Below the pieces are notes generated by a model. That model was given only the letters and a program-made list of their open reading frames with translations. It did no database searches and was not told the DNA's origin. From Rhizobium sp. (lineage in GTDB: Bacteria; Pseudomonadota; Alphaproteobacteria; Rhizobiales; Rhizobiaceae), in contig JARXAK010000217.1 in assembly GCA_029865885.1 (NCBI GenBank), forward strand, positions 515-64,514: 64,000 nt of DNA. The letters run 5' to 3'. This document shows, piece by piece, positions 1 through 9,358 of this stretch (its first letter is position 1; every line of letters begins with the position of its first letter). A program made the translations under genes and the position numbers.

Positions 1-95
1 ATCCAGGCAATGGCCCGGTCGGACAGACCCGCCGCGCGCCTTGCCAGGCGTTGAGGTGTAGCGCGCGCAAGGCGGTCGACGGCGCTCTCGGACAT
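1..95 (-). CDS. carbohydrate ABC transporter permease, N-terminal part (runs off window)
   Basis: ATG at 95 reads MSESAVDRLARATPQRLARRAAGLSDRAIAW..., a typical sugar-permease N-terminus, directly downstream of the substrate-binding protein. Confidence 0.7.
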   Translation of the reverse strand, partial: MSESAVDRLARATPQRLARRAAGLSDRAIAW

Positions 96-211
96 GGGAC
101 AGATCCCCCGCATGAACATGAGTGATAAAGCGGAGAGGCTGATTGCCTCTCCGGCTCAACCGGACCGCCATCAGCGGTCCGGTCGGTTCTTGTTCAGTGC
201 CAAGGACCTGG

Positions 212-1546
212 CTAGAGCTTGCCTTCGTCTTCGAAGACTTCGGTCCAGTCCTGTACCAGGCCGTCGAGCGCTTCTTTCGCCGTGCCCTGCCCCGCGACGA
301 CGTAGTCGTGGAAGCGTTTCTGGGAGGCCTGGAGAAGCGAGGCATAGGACGGTTCGGCCCAGAAATCCTTCACGATCGCCATGGAATCGAGGAAGGTCTG
401 CGCATAGGGCTGGCTGCTGGCAAAGCCCGGATCTTCGACGACCGAACGCAGGGCCGAATAGCCTCCGAGCGACCACCATTTCTGCTGGATTTCCGGCTGG
501 GCGAACCACTTGATGTATTCGAGCGCGGCATCCTGTTTCGACGAGGCTGCCACCACCGAAATGCCCTGTCCACCAAGCTGGGCGAACTGCTTGCCATCAG
601 GGCCTGCCGGGTTTGCAAAGTAGCCAGACTTGTCGCCACCAACATTCGGGTCGGCGTGAATGCCAGGCCAGATGAAGGCGAAGTTCATCTGAAGGGCGAC
701 CTGGCCCGACTTGTAGGCGTCGATGTTCTCGGACATGTAGGTGTCGGATGAGCCGGGCGGGGTGCAGCAGTCGTAGAGCGCCTTGTAGAATTCAAGCCCT
801 GCAATCGCCTGTGGCGAGTTGACGAAGCCCTCCATATCATAGGGCTTCTGCGGGTTCTGATACTCGAAACCGAAGGAATACAGCACGTCCATGGCCCCCA
901 TGGTGATCCCTTCGGATCCACGCTCGGTATAGATCGCGGCACCATAGACCGTCTTCCCGTCGATGCTGCGCCCCTGGAAGAACTCGGCGATGTCCTTCAA
1001 TTCGGCGAAGGTCTTCGGCACGCCAAGGTCACGGCCATATTTCTTCTTGAATTCGTCCTGCAATTCGGGCCGCGAGAACCAGTCCTTGCGATAGGTCCAG
1101 CCGACGACATCGCCAAAGGCCGGCAATGACCAGTAGTTCGGCGTGTTCTTCGGCCATTCGGCATAGCCGACGACGGTTGCCGGGATGAAGGTGTCCATCT
1201 TGATTCCTTCCTTGTCGAAGAAATCATTCAGCTTCACATACTGGCCGTTTTCAGCAGCACCGCCAATCCACTGGCTGTCGCCGATCATCAGGTCGCAGAG
1301 CTTGCCGCCCGAGTTGAGCTCGTTCAGCATCCGGTCTGCGAAGTTCGGCCACGGCACGAATTCAAACTTCATTTTGTGGCCTGACTTCGCCTCGAAGTCC
1401 TTGCTGAGTTCGACAAGCGCATTGGCCGGGTCCCAGGCGGCCCAGCACAAGGTCAGATCTTCGGCTTTGGCCGCCGTCGCGCCTGTGAGGGCAGCAGACA
1501 TGAGGGCCGCTGTCGCGACGGATGTTTTTAGGAATGCAGACGTCAT
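212..1546 (-). CDS. sugar ABC transporter substrate-binding protein (CUT1/SBP_bac_1)
   Basis: Signal peptide MTSAFLKTSVATAALMSAALTGATAAKA; GGAGGAG RBS upstream of ATG 1546; MalE-like motifs (LGGQGISV, ALEYIKWF). Confidence 0.9.
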   Translation of the reverse strand: MTSAFLKTSVATAALMSAALTGATAAKAEDLTLCWAAWDPANALVELSKDFEAKSGHKMKFEFVPWPNFADRMLNELNSGGKLCDLMIGDSQWIGGAAENGQYVKLNDFFDKEGIKMDTFIPATVVGYAEWPKNTPNYWSLPAFGDVVGWTYRKDWFSRPELQDEFKKKYGRDLGVPKTFAELKDIAEFFQGRSIDGKTVYGAAIYTERGSEGITMGAMDVLYSFGFEYQNPQKPYDMEGFVNSPQAIAGLEFYKALYDCCTPPGSSDTYMSENIDAYKSGQVALQMNFAFIWPGIHADPNVGGDKSGYFANPAGPDGKQFAQLGGQGISVVAASSKQDAALEYIKWFAQPEIQQKWWSLGGYSALRSVVEDPGFASSQPYAQTFLDSMAIVKDFWAEPSYASLLQASQKRFHDYVVAGQGTAKEALDGLVQDWTEVFEDEGKL

Positions 1547-1733
1547 TACATTCTCCTCCCATTGCGAAACCACGACCTGCCGTCGCGGCGTCGCCAAACG
1601 GCCCACGGGCCACAGCACCTGTTGTGCGCTCCTCCGATCGCGCCGCTTTTCCTCCTCCGGCGCAGACCTCCAACCCCGGAAGGACAGACTGATCAACAGC
1701 CTCATCGCTTGCCGATGGTTGCGTGAATTTTAT

Positions 1734-1785
1734 ATTTGAGGTGCGCACCTCAAATCAAGTTAATTTTGAGGTGCGCACCTCAAAA
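1734..1785. promoter_or_regulatory. two perfect 22-bp palindromic LacI-type operators (core TTTGAGGTGCGCACCTCAAA), 30 bp apart
   Basis: Palindromes at 1734-1755 and 1764-1785, between the divergent SBP and LacI genes. Confidence 0.85.
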
Positions 1786-1855
1786 ACTTGCTCTTTGTTT
1801 GAATTTGTTGGAAAAGTCAGTTCTGCGGCAGCGGAGCCGCAGTTCAGGAAGGCAG

Positions 1856-2878
1856 ATGAGACCAACAGCCAGAGATCTAGCAGAAGCCGCAGGCGTCAGT
1901 CTTGCAACGGTCGATCGCGTCCTGAACGACCGACCGAATGTCAGCGAGAAGGCGGCGCGCAAGGTCAGTGAAGCGATCGAACGGATCGGCTTCATCCGCA
2001 ATCCGGCTGCCGTCAATCTGGCGCGAAATCGGGTCTACCGGTTCTGTTTCGTCCTGCCGCAGGAGGGTGACCAGTACCTCCGGGCACTTCTGATGCAGGT
2101 GGATGCCGCAAGCCAGGCGGTGCGTGCCGATCTGACGGATATCGACGTCATCCAGGTACCGGCAACCGATCCCCATGCGATCGCGAGAAGCCTCATGCGT
2201 CTGACGGCAGAAGATGTCGACGGTGTTGCGATCATGGCGCCTGAATCGCCACAGGTGCGCGACGCCATGGCACGGCTCATTGAGCGCAATATCAAGGTGG
2301 TTCAGTTTCTGTCCGGTCAGGAACGCCTGCCGGCCGCAGATTTCGTCGGCATCAATAACTTTGCCGCCGGCGCAACGGCGGGCAAGATCATAGGACGGTT
2401 TCTGGGCGGCGGGCCGGGCAAGATCATGGTCATTGCCGACACGATGATGGCACAGGATAGCATCGAACGCCGGCTTGGCTTTGACAGCATCATCAATGAA
2501 CAATTCCCTGCTCTCGTGCCTCTGCCCTCCCTGGAAACATATGGTGACGAAAAGCGCGCAAGGCTGATCATCCGGCGCCTGCTGGAAAGTCATCCCGATG
2601 TCGGGGCCGTGTATGTGCTGAGCTCGGAAGCTCGCGCCCCCCTGATGGCGATCGAAGACGTTCGGGACCCCAAGAACCTGACGATCGTCGTGCATGAGCG
2701 AACCCCGTTCAGCGAAGAGGCGCTGAAGGACGACCGGATCGACGTCATCATCGCCCAGGACCCCGGACACACTGTGCGCAGCGCCATCCGCATCATGCGT
2801 GCGCGGCTCGAGCAGCGGGAGCCGATCGCATCCCAGGAAAAGATCCGCATCGAAGTCTTGCTCAAGGAGAACCTGTAG
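1856..2878 (+). CDS. LacI-family transcriptional regulator
   Basis: HTH MRPTARDLAEAAGVSLATVDRVLN followed by a periplasmic-binding-protein-like sugar domain. Confidence 0.93.
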   Translation: MRPTARDLAEAAGVSLATVDRVLNDRPNVSEKAARKVSEAIERIGFIRNPAAVNLARNRVYRFCFVLPQEGDQYLRALLMQVDAASQAVRADLTDIDVIQVPATDPHAIARSLMRLTAEDVDGVAIMAPESPQVRDAMARLIERNIKVVQFLSGQERLPAADFVGINNFAAGATAGKIIGRFLGGGPGKIMVIADTMMAQDSIERRLGFDSIINEQFPALVPLPSLETYGDEKRARLIIRRLLESHPDVGAVYVLSSEARAPLMAIEDVRDPKNLTIVVHERTPFSEEALKDDRIDVIIAQDPGHTVRSAIRIMRARLEQREPIASQEKIRIEVLLKENL

Positions 2879-2971
2879 CGGCAACAACACCTGCGGCGCC
2901 ACACCAACCATCATGGCCCTTGCCCCATTGCGGCTGGAACTCTTGCATGCTGCCAACAAAGGGGATCGGGC

Positions 2972-3729
2972 GTGATCGCTGGCAGGAGCTCTTCGATTTC
3001 CCTGAAGTCTCGCGAAGCGGTCAGTTTCGGTCGGTATATTACCGAGAGCCTGGAGCGGCTGCATGCCGAATTGTTCGAAGAAGCCGGCCTGATCGTGTTT
3101 CCGTCCAATGCACAACTCAGTCTTCGCGCCCACGGCATGGCGGACGCCACCTTGCGGCGTCATCTCGGCCTGTTTATCGAGGCTGGACTGATTTCACGCA
3201 AGGATAGCCCCAATGGCAAGCGCTATGCGCATGAGGTGCGTGATGGCAGCGTCGAAAATGCCTTCGGTTTCAGTCTCGGACCGCTTTTGGCGCGCCAGGA
3301 GGAGCTTGCAATACCGAATCTATCCATGAAGTTGAACCAAGCTCTGGAAAAGAGCAGGGGGAAAAGCCGAGGCAGGAACGCAGGCAGCAGAGCGCGCCGA
3401 TGAAGGCGTTCCGCTTGAGCATGATATTGAAGGTCTGCCCGTAAATCGTCGATTACGGCCCGGGCGGCGCAATACCGCATCGGAGTGACCTGATGCAGGC
3501 CGCTGTGGTGGTGCGCTCAATGCTTGGTATCAGTCCATCCGCCTATCAGCATGCCTGTGAGACCATGGGGCCTGAAAACGCCACAGTTGCGGTCGCAGCG
3601 ATCCTCGAAAGGGCAGGACATATCAATTCGGCCGGTGGCTATCTGAGGGATCTGAGAAGAAGGGCCGCCCGGGGCGAGTTTTCCCTTGGGCCGATGATCA
3701 CGATGGACCTTGACGAGATGCTCCGGTGA
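2972..3729 (+). pseudogene. repC: repC plasmid replication initiator, fragmented and internally deleted
   Basis: RepC N-terminal motifs (LIVFPSNAQLSLRAHGM..TLRRHL..DSPNGKRYA..FGFSLGPL) and C-terminal motifs (VVRSMLGISPSAY..ILERAGHINSAGGYLRDL) lie in different frames with stops; middle region missing; no repA or repB. Confidence 0.88.
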
Positions 3730-3986
3730 GCGCCGGCAGCTCGGCCCTTTTTGCCCCTCCAGGCTGTTTTATCGCGGTCATCATCGCTCCGATGGCTGAA
3801 GTGAGGGCAGGGGAGGGGAATTCTCAATGGCTTGAGCGCCGATGGCGAGGTCGTTGCCGAAATCGGCGTTTCGATCTGTCCGCTTGGCAGTCAAGCGGCT
3901 ACGCGTCTTGATGACACCCGCTGACACATCCCAACCGGCAAGGATGTCCGTTTCGGAGGCGGAACAGTGGCGTCAGCAATGCTAAA

Positions 3987-3994
3987 TTAACCAT
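3987..3994 (+). promoter_or_regulatory. possible CtrA-type half-site (TTAACCAT) upstream of flagellin
   Basis: TTAACCAT in an AT-rich stretch about 65 bp upstream of the flagellin start; no full TTAA-N7-TTAA. Confidence 0.35.
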
Positions 3995-4057
3995 ATTCAA
4001 TTTAAGAAGTTGCTGCAAGAATTCACCCTTCAACTCTAGTTGTCGAGTCAGTATACC

Positions 4058-5059
4058 TTGAGTAGCATTCTTACAAATATGTCTGCAATTACAGCGTTGC
4101 AGACGCTCCGTGCCGTCAACAGCAGTATGTCAGTTGTGCAGCAACAGGCTTCGTCAGGCTTGCGTGTCTCCGATGCATCCGATGATGCAGCCTATTGGTC
4201 TGTTGCAACCGCAATGCGATCAGACAGTCTTGCCCTTTCCTCGGCCCAGGACGCTCTTGGTCTTGGCGCAGCCAAGGCTGATACGGCTTATGCAGGCGTC
4301 TCTGCGGTGGTCGACCTGATGAAGGAATTCAAGGCTCGTCTGGTCATAGCGACAGAAGACGGTGTGGATCGAACCAAGGTCGATCTCGAACTCTCCCAGC
4401 TGCGCGGTCAGATGCGCTCCGTTGTTGAGAATTCGAGCTTTTCCGGCGAAAACTGGCTGCACCTGACGGATGAAAACTGGCAAGACTGGATCGAGCCGAA
4501 GGAGGTTGTCAGCGGCGTTGTGCGCAATCGCCAAGGGGATATATCATTGACCTCGGTGGATTTTGGCAAGGGTTTGTCCAATGTGACGGGTGTCGATGAT
4601 CTGTCTGTTCTGATTGATGATACAGCCGGCGCCAATACCGGCGAATCCGGCCTTTTGACCAGCGATCAGGTCGCAATTGGGCTCGGCCTACAACAGGCCT
4701 ATGTGGTCATGCACACGAAAGGTGCTGCCCATAACAGTATGGGGATCGAGATCGCGCTGACCGCGACGACGACGGCCACCGAGGTCTCTGATATGATCGA
4801 GGTCGTCGAGGTGGTTCTTGCCCAGACGATCCGTCTGGCCTCGCAGCTCGGCTCGCTGTCATCGAGGATCGATCTGCAGACTGCGTTTTCAGACAAACTC
4901 AGCGACAGCATCGACCAGGGGATCGGCCGTCTCGTCGACGCCGAAATGAGCGAAACCTCGACCAGACTGAAGGCATTACAGACCCAACAGCAGCTGGCGA
5001 CACAGGCGCTGTCGATCGCCAACAGCTCGAGCGGCACCCTGCTCCAGCTCTTCCGATAA
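4058..5059 (+). CDS. flagellin (orphan; start TTG 4058 or 4040)
   Basis: Rhizobial flagellin termini: SILTNMSAITALQTLR..SDDAAYWSVATAMRSD and GIGRLVDAEMSETSTRLKALQTQQQLATQALSIANS. Confidence 0.93.
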   Translation: MSSILTNMSAITALQTLRAVNSSMSVVQQQASSGLRVSDASDDAAYWSVATAMRSDSLALSSAQDALGLGAAKADTAYAGVSAVVDLMKEFKARLVIATEDGVDRTKVDLELSQLRGQMRSVVENSSFSGENWLHLTDENWQDWIEPKEVVSGVVRNRQGDISLTSVDFGKGLSNVTGVDDLSVLIDDTAGANTGESGLLTSDQVAIGLGLQQAYVVMHTKGAAHNSMGIEIALTATTTATEVSDMIEVVEVVLAQTIRLASQLGSLSSRIDLQTAFSDKLSDSIDQGIGRLVDAEMSETSTRLKALQTQQQLATQALSIANSSSGTLLQLFR

Positions 5060-5511
5060 AGTGAGAGTGGTCGCTCGCCTCCAAAGCGAGAACCGGGTCT
5101 TCTGATCCGCAACGATAGCTGGCTTCTTCGCCTATTGGCGAAGGAGCCTTGCTTGTGGGCCATGCGCTGACCCGCTTCAAGCCCCACCTTTCTTGAGCAG
5201 CTGGTTGACGTTGCTTCCGTCGATCGCGGCGATGAAGAAGCCCGGCGCGCCGACCGTCTGGTTCCACCACTGCCACAAAACGCGTGATGACCCAGATGAT
5301 CCTGCAAGGCTCGTTGTCAGTTGGCAGTTAACCGTGAGAATGCAGCCGCTTCGAGCCGCTTCGAGCCGCTTTGAAAGTTAACTTGAAAATTTGTCCCGTG
5401 AAGTTTCTCAGATTAACTGCAATTGAGATGACGCGTCTTTCGCTGTGCTGGTGCCGAGAATACAGGCCTTGTGGTCAATGATGGCAACGATGGATGCCGA
5501 GACGGCTCGCT

Positions 5512-5534
5512 TCCGATAAGGGGTACTTATCCGA
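5512..5534. mobile_element. putative tyrosine-recombinase att site, 9-5-9 inverted repeat TCCGATAAG-GGGTA-CTTATCCGA
   Basis: 23-bp near-perfect palindrome with one mismatch; resembles the remembered R. etli IntA att core; lies upstream of a RHE_PE00001-type gene. Confidence 0.55.
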
Positions 5535-5622
5535 TATCAGGGACACCGCGCTCATTTGTGGGAAGTATGGAGCCGCAATGCGCTTACCGATATCTCTTAA
5601 CGAATGATTTACCATAATTTCA

Positions 5623-5844
5623 ATGTCTTATGGTCTTTCAAAATTGCCCATCCAGAGGCTGCTCCGGCCGATCTCCGAGGCAGCGGTCGCGCTTGCCCGT
5701 CTCGACGAGCGCATCGCCCGCTCTCCTGTCGGCGAGGGCTTTCTCGATCGCTCGCATTTCCTCAAGGCGAATGCCTCGCTTTGGGTCGACGGCGAACTCG
5801 TTCATCTCGAGGGCCTCGTCCTGCACGACAACCTCCGGGACATC
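5623..5844 (+). pseudogene. RHE_PE00001/DUF1612-family plasmid protein, truncated after about 74 aa
   Basis: ALARLDERIARSPVGEGFLDRSHF..ASLWVDGELVHLEGLVLHD..RDI matches the family N-terminus, then runs into unrelated GC-rich sequence. Confidence 0.7.
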
Positions 5845-6223
5845 AGCCCATCCCCTCGCCTGGGCGCTCGCAAGCCCCGGGCTTGCCTCCCTCCCCGGGC
5901 GGGCGTGGCCCGCAGCATCATCGGGTGGAGATCGAGAGGGCAGGCAGCACGAGGAGGTTGGGGGGCAGAAACTTCAGGCGGGGTAGGGTAGGCTGAAGAT
6001 CCTGATTCCGAAGGTCTGGGTCATGCGTTTGCCGCGGTCGAAGAGGCGAAAAAACCGCGTCGCGCAAAAAAACGCTCTGGATAAGGATCGATATGTTCCG
6101 AGGCCTGCAATTTCCCGAACCGCTTCTGGAAAAGCGGCGAGATCTCAAGGCGTCGGAGGTCAGGCCGCATTCCTAAAACGCGGCCGACCCCAGCGCTCCA
6201 AAATCCGGTCCGGGAGCGCGATC

Positions 6224-6955
6224 TCAGCCTTCGACAGCAAGCAGGGGGGCAGCGACGGGCTCGCCGCGTGCCACCGCTTCCCGGAATTCGTCGCGCAGTT
6301 CCACCACGTCTGGCAGGAACAGACGGCAATAGGCGGTGGAGGCTCGCCACGCCTGCTGGCGATAATCATCGGTGACCCTGCCGTGTTTGACAAAGGAAAG
6401 TGCCAGGATCGCGTCGACGATTTCCAGATAAATATGGAATTTCTCCTCGGTGTCGCGCAGCGCCGGCATGTGGAAGAGGCTGTTCAGCCTCCGATAGACG
6501 CGTGCCGCTAGAAGGCCATTGTGTTCGGCCTCGGCCTTGCGGGTTTCAAGCCCGCCATAGCGGCCCATGAACAGCGTCATCGCCGGCGGATTGGCGTGGT
6601 AATAGTCGATGGCCTTCAACTGGTCCCAGGCCATCAGGCCCTGCCAGCTGTAGAGGGCGGCGGGATCGATCGGTTTGCGCGCCTGCTCTGCAAATCCCCG
6701 CAGATAGCGTTGCGCAAGCGCTGCGAAGGCCGCCTCCTTGGTGGGGAAGAAATGATAGACCGAGGCCGAGGGTACGCCGGCATGCTCGGCAATCTGATAA
6801 AGGCCCACCTCGTCGGCATTGCGCTCCCGAAGAAGGATCTCGGTGCTGTCGATCAGGCTCTCATAACGCAGCATGCCGCGCCCGCGTGATGGCTGGCGGG
6901 GCGTGGCGCTAGCGCGCTTTGTCTTCCTGTCCGGCTTGCCGTCCATTTCGCTCAC
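6224..6955 (-). CDS. TetR-family regulator, FumB-like
   Basis: HTH RYESLIDST..VGLYQIAEHAGVPSASVYHFFPTKE; resembles the remembered Sphingopyxis FumB; AGGAG RBS before GTG 6955. Confidence 0.85.
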   Translation of the reverse strand: MSEMDGKPDRKTKRASATPRQPSRGRGMLRYESLIDSTEILLRERNADEVGLYQIAEHAGVPSASVYHFFPTKEAAFAALAQRYLRGFAEQARKPIDPAALYSWQGLMAWDQLKAIDYYHANPPAMTLFMGRYGGLETRKAEAEHNGLLAARVYRRLNSLFHMPALRDTEEKFHIYLEIVDAILALSFVKHGRVTDDYRQQAWRASTAYCRLFLPDVVELRDEFREAVARGEPVAAPLLAVEG

Positions 6956-7251
6956 GATGCCAGTCTCCTGCAAAGCCGTGCTGCCGCGCGGGCTGCCATC
7001 CGCCTAGATGCGGGATTTTTGCCGTCAAGGCAAACACTGGCTGTGGCCGGCTCCACCCAAATGCATCCTCTATAGCCAGGATCTGCTGAGACCAGCAGCG
7101 GCGCCTTCTCGTTGAATGGATTTAGGCGATAAATATCGATTAATTCGTTGACGTAGGAAAAAAGTGCTTCTAGCCTTTTCCGAAATAACCGGGAAAAGCC
7201 GCCTATCGCCGCCACGGCGGTGGCCGGCGCACACAAAAAAGGGGACATGAC

Positions 7252-8217
7252 ATGTCGATGGAAGCCGTGATCGAGGCCTACCGGAAGCGCGTGGATACGC
7301 TGGCCGAAAGCGAAAATCCCTATGCGGATGGCATTGCCTGGGTGGAGGGGGAACTGGTGCCGCTGGCTAAGGCCCGTATTCCGCTGCTGGACCAGGGCTT
7401 TATGCATTCGGATCTCACCTATGACGTGCCGGCCATCTGGGACGGGCGGTTCTTCCGTCTCGACGATCACCTCGACCGGCTGGAGCGCAGTTGCGCGAAG
7501 CTGCGGCTGACCAGCCCCATGGACCGTGAGACCCTGCGCCGGACGTTGGTGGAGATGGCCGCAAAAAGCGGCATCCGTGACGCCTATGTGCAGATCACCG
7601 TGACGCGCGGCTTCAAATTCGTCAGAGCCCACCGGCCGGAAGACATTGAAAACCACATCTATCTGCTGATCATGCCCTATGTCTGGGTCATGGCGCCGGA
7701 TGTGCAGGCGCGGGGCGGCAGTGCCGTCATGACCCGCACCGTACGGCGCATTCCTCCCGGCGCCATCGATCCGACGGTCAAGAACCTGCAATGGGGCGAT
7801 TTCGTGCGCGGCATTTTCGAGGCGCGTGATCGCGGCGCCATGTATCCCTTCCTGCCGGATGGCGACGGCAATCTGACGGAGGGATCGGGCTTCAACATCT
7901 TCCTCGTCAAGGACGGCGTGCTGCACACGCCCGCGCGCGGCGTGCTGGAGGGTGTGACCCGCCGCACGGTGGTGGAGATTGCCGAGGCCAAAGGCTGGAC
8001 GGTCAATATCGACCACGTGCCGGTCGATCTCGCCTACCAGTGCGACGAGATCTTTATGTCGACGACGGCCGGCGGCATCATGCCGATTACCGAACTGGAT
8101 GGCGTGCCGGTGGGCGGCGGGCAGGTGGGGCCGGTCACCCGGCAGATCTGGCAGGCCTATTGGGACCTGCATTACGATGACCGCATGAGTTTTGCCATCG
8201 ACTACGCGGCGGCCTGA
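7252..8217 (+). CDS. PLP fold-IV (R)-selective amine transaminase, fungal-type
   Basis: R-ATA motifs [20 protein letters not shown] and YVQITVTRG; catalytic Lys in TVKNLQWGD; EGSGFN and STTAGG. Confidence 0.9.
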   Translation: MSMEAVIEAYRKRVDTLAESENPYADGIAWVEGELVPLAKARIPLLDQGFMHSDLTYDVPAIWDGRFFRLDDHLDRLERSCAKLRLTSPMDRETLRRTLVEMAAKSGIRDAYVQITVTRGFKFVRAHRPEDIENHIYLLIMPYVWVMAPDVQARGGSAVMTRTVRRIPPGAIDPTVKNLQWGDFVRGIFEARDRGAMYPFLPDGDGNLTEGSGFNIFLVKDGVLHTPARGVLEGVTRRTVVEIAEAKGWTVNIDHVPVDLAYQCDEIFMSTTAGGIMPITELDGVPVGGGQVGPVTRQIWQAYWDLHYDDRMSFAIDYAAA

Positions 8218-8308
8218 CCGGGAGAATCCGAGTGTTATGATGGGGGATGGGCGCGCCGGGGTGGCAAATGCCTTTGCGTGACTGCGTGAAAGGCGGTATT
8301 TCGGTGCC

Positions 8309-8953
8309 ATGACCGAAAAGACTGTTGCAGCGCCCACCCTTCATCGTGCCCCCATGCGCAAGCGCGGTATCGAGCGCTTCGAATTCCTGTTGGATGCAAC
8401 GGCGGCGCTGATTGCGGAAAATCCGGATGCAGACATCAGCCTTGCCCATATTGCCGAGCGGGCCGAGGTGCCGATCGCATCGGTCTACCACTTCTTTCCG
8501 AACCGCAACGCGGTCTTCGTGGCACTTGCCCAGCGTTACCACCGCCAGATCAGCGAGATGCTGATGGTGGAGAACAACGAGCCGCCGGAGCGCTGGCAGG
8601 AACTGTTCGAGTTTCGTCTTAGCCGCAGCGCGCAGTTTCTCAATGCCAATCCGGCGGCGCTGCGCCTGTTCATGGGCGCCGGCGTCAGTGCCGAGGTGCG
8701 CAATGCCGATGTCGCCGGCAATGCGGAACTGGCCCGCCAGCGCGCCGCCTATCTGCGCCATCATTACCTCATGGCGCCCATGCCGGATCTTGAAAAGCGG
8801 CTGGCGATTGCGCTTGCCCTGATCGATGGCATCTGGGCGCTGTCCTACAGCAATCACCGGATGATCACCGATGAATATGTGCAGGAAGCGGTGCGTGCCT
8901 CGTTGATGTATCTGCGCTGCTATCTGCCGGAGCACCTGCAGCGCCAGCGCTAG
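8309..8953 (+). CDS. TetR-family regulator (paralog of 6224..6955)
   Basis: HTH LAHIAERAEVPIASVYHFFPNR; C-terminal YLRCYLP resembles YCRLFLP of the paralog. Confidence 0.88.
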   Translation: MTEKTVAAPTLHRAPMRKRGIERFEFLLDATAALIAENPDADISLAHIAERAEVPIASVYHFFPNRNAVFVALAQRYHRQISEMLMVENNEPPERWQELFEFRLSRSAQFLNANPAALRLFMGAGVSAEVRNADVAGNAELARQRAAYLRHHYLMAPMPDLEKRLAIALALIDGIWALSYSNHRMITDEYVQEAVRASLMYLRCYLPEHLQRQR

Positions 8954-9106
8954 CTGGCATTCCCGGTCGAACTGATCGCCTTCTGTATCCGCCCGCCGCA
9001 CCGGACTATCCCGCCCTCGCTGCATCGAATTGCCGGTGCCGGATGCGCTTGCCCGTTTCCGTCGTCCGATGTTTCCCGATCATCGGATGCGAGAATGCGA
9101 ATAGAT

Positions 9107-9305
9107 ATAACCGAATAAATTACAGTTATTATCTCGTCAGTGTCCTGAGCCATTCCCCGTCTTGATCACGCATCTTGCTGGATTTTCGCGCCATATGAGC
9201 GGATAATAGGCGCCTCTAAACTGAAGTGGCTAAATTTTATGCGCTTCAATGAGGTGCAAAAATTACATACAGAACGCGCTTGATAACCGAATTATTTATG
9301 GCTAT
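9107..9305. promoter_or_regulatory. two related imperfect palindromes ATAAC-N13-G(T/C)TAT (9107-9129 and 9283-9305), candidate operators
   Basis: ATAACCGAATAAATTACAGTTAT and ATAACCGAATTATTTATGGCTAT in the AT-rich region upstream of the aminotransferase operon. Confidence 0.5.
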
Positions 9306-9358
9306 CGTTCTTGCAGTTGAGAGGCCTGACGCTGGTCGGGTGTTCCGGTGAGGGTGAT

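Noticed and set aside
1734-1785. Repeated palindromes as a mini-CRISPR
   Set aside because: Only two copies, an 8-bp gap and no cas genes; better explained as LacI operators
5313-5328. GTTGTCAGTTGGCAGT as a repABC parS-like site
   Set aside because: Only a partial palindrome with several mismatches and no repB nearby
5344-5371. 10-bp tandem repeat AGCCGCTTCG, about 2.8 copies
   Set aside because: Short and intergenic; most likely a slippage duplication with no evident function
7252-8217. Annotation as ilvE or D-alanine transaminase
   Set aside because: Active-site motifs ([18 protein letters not shown]) fit R-ATA, not BCAT or DAAT
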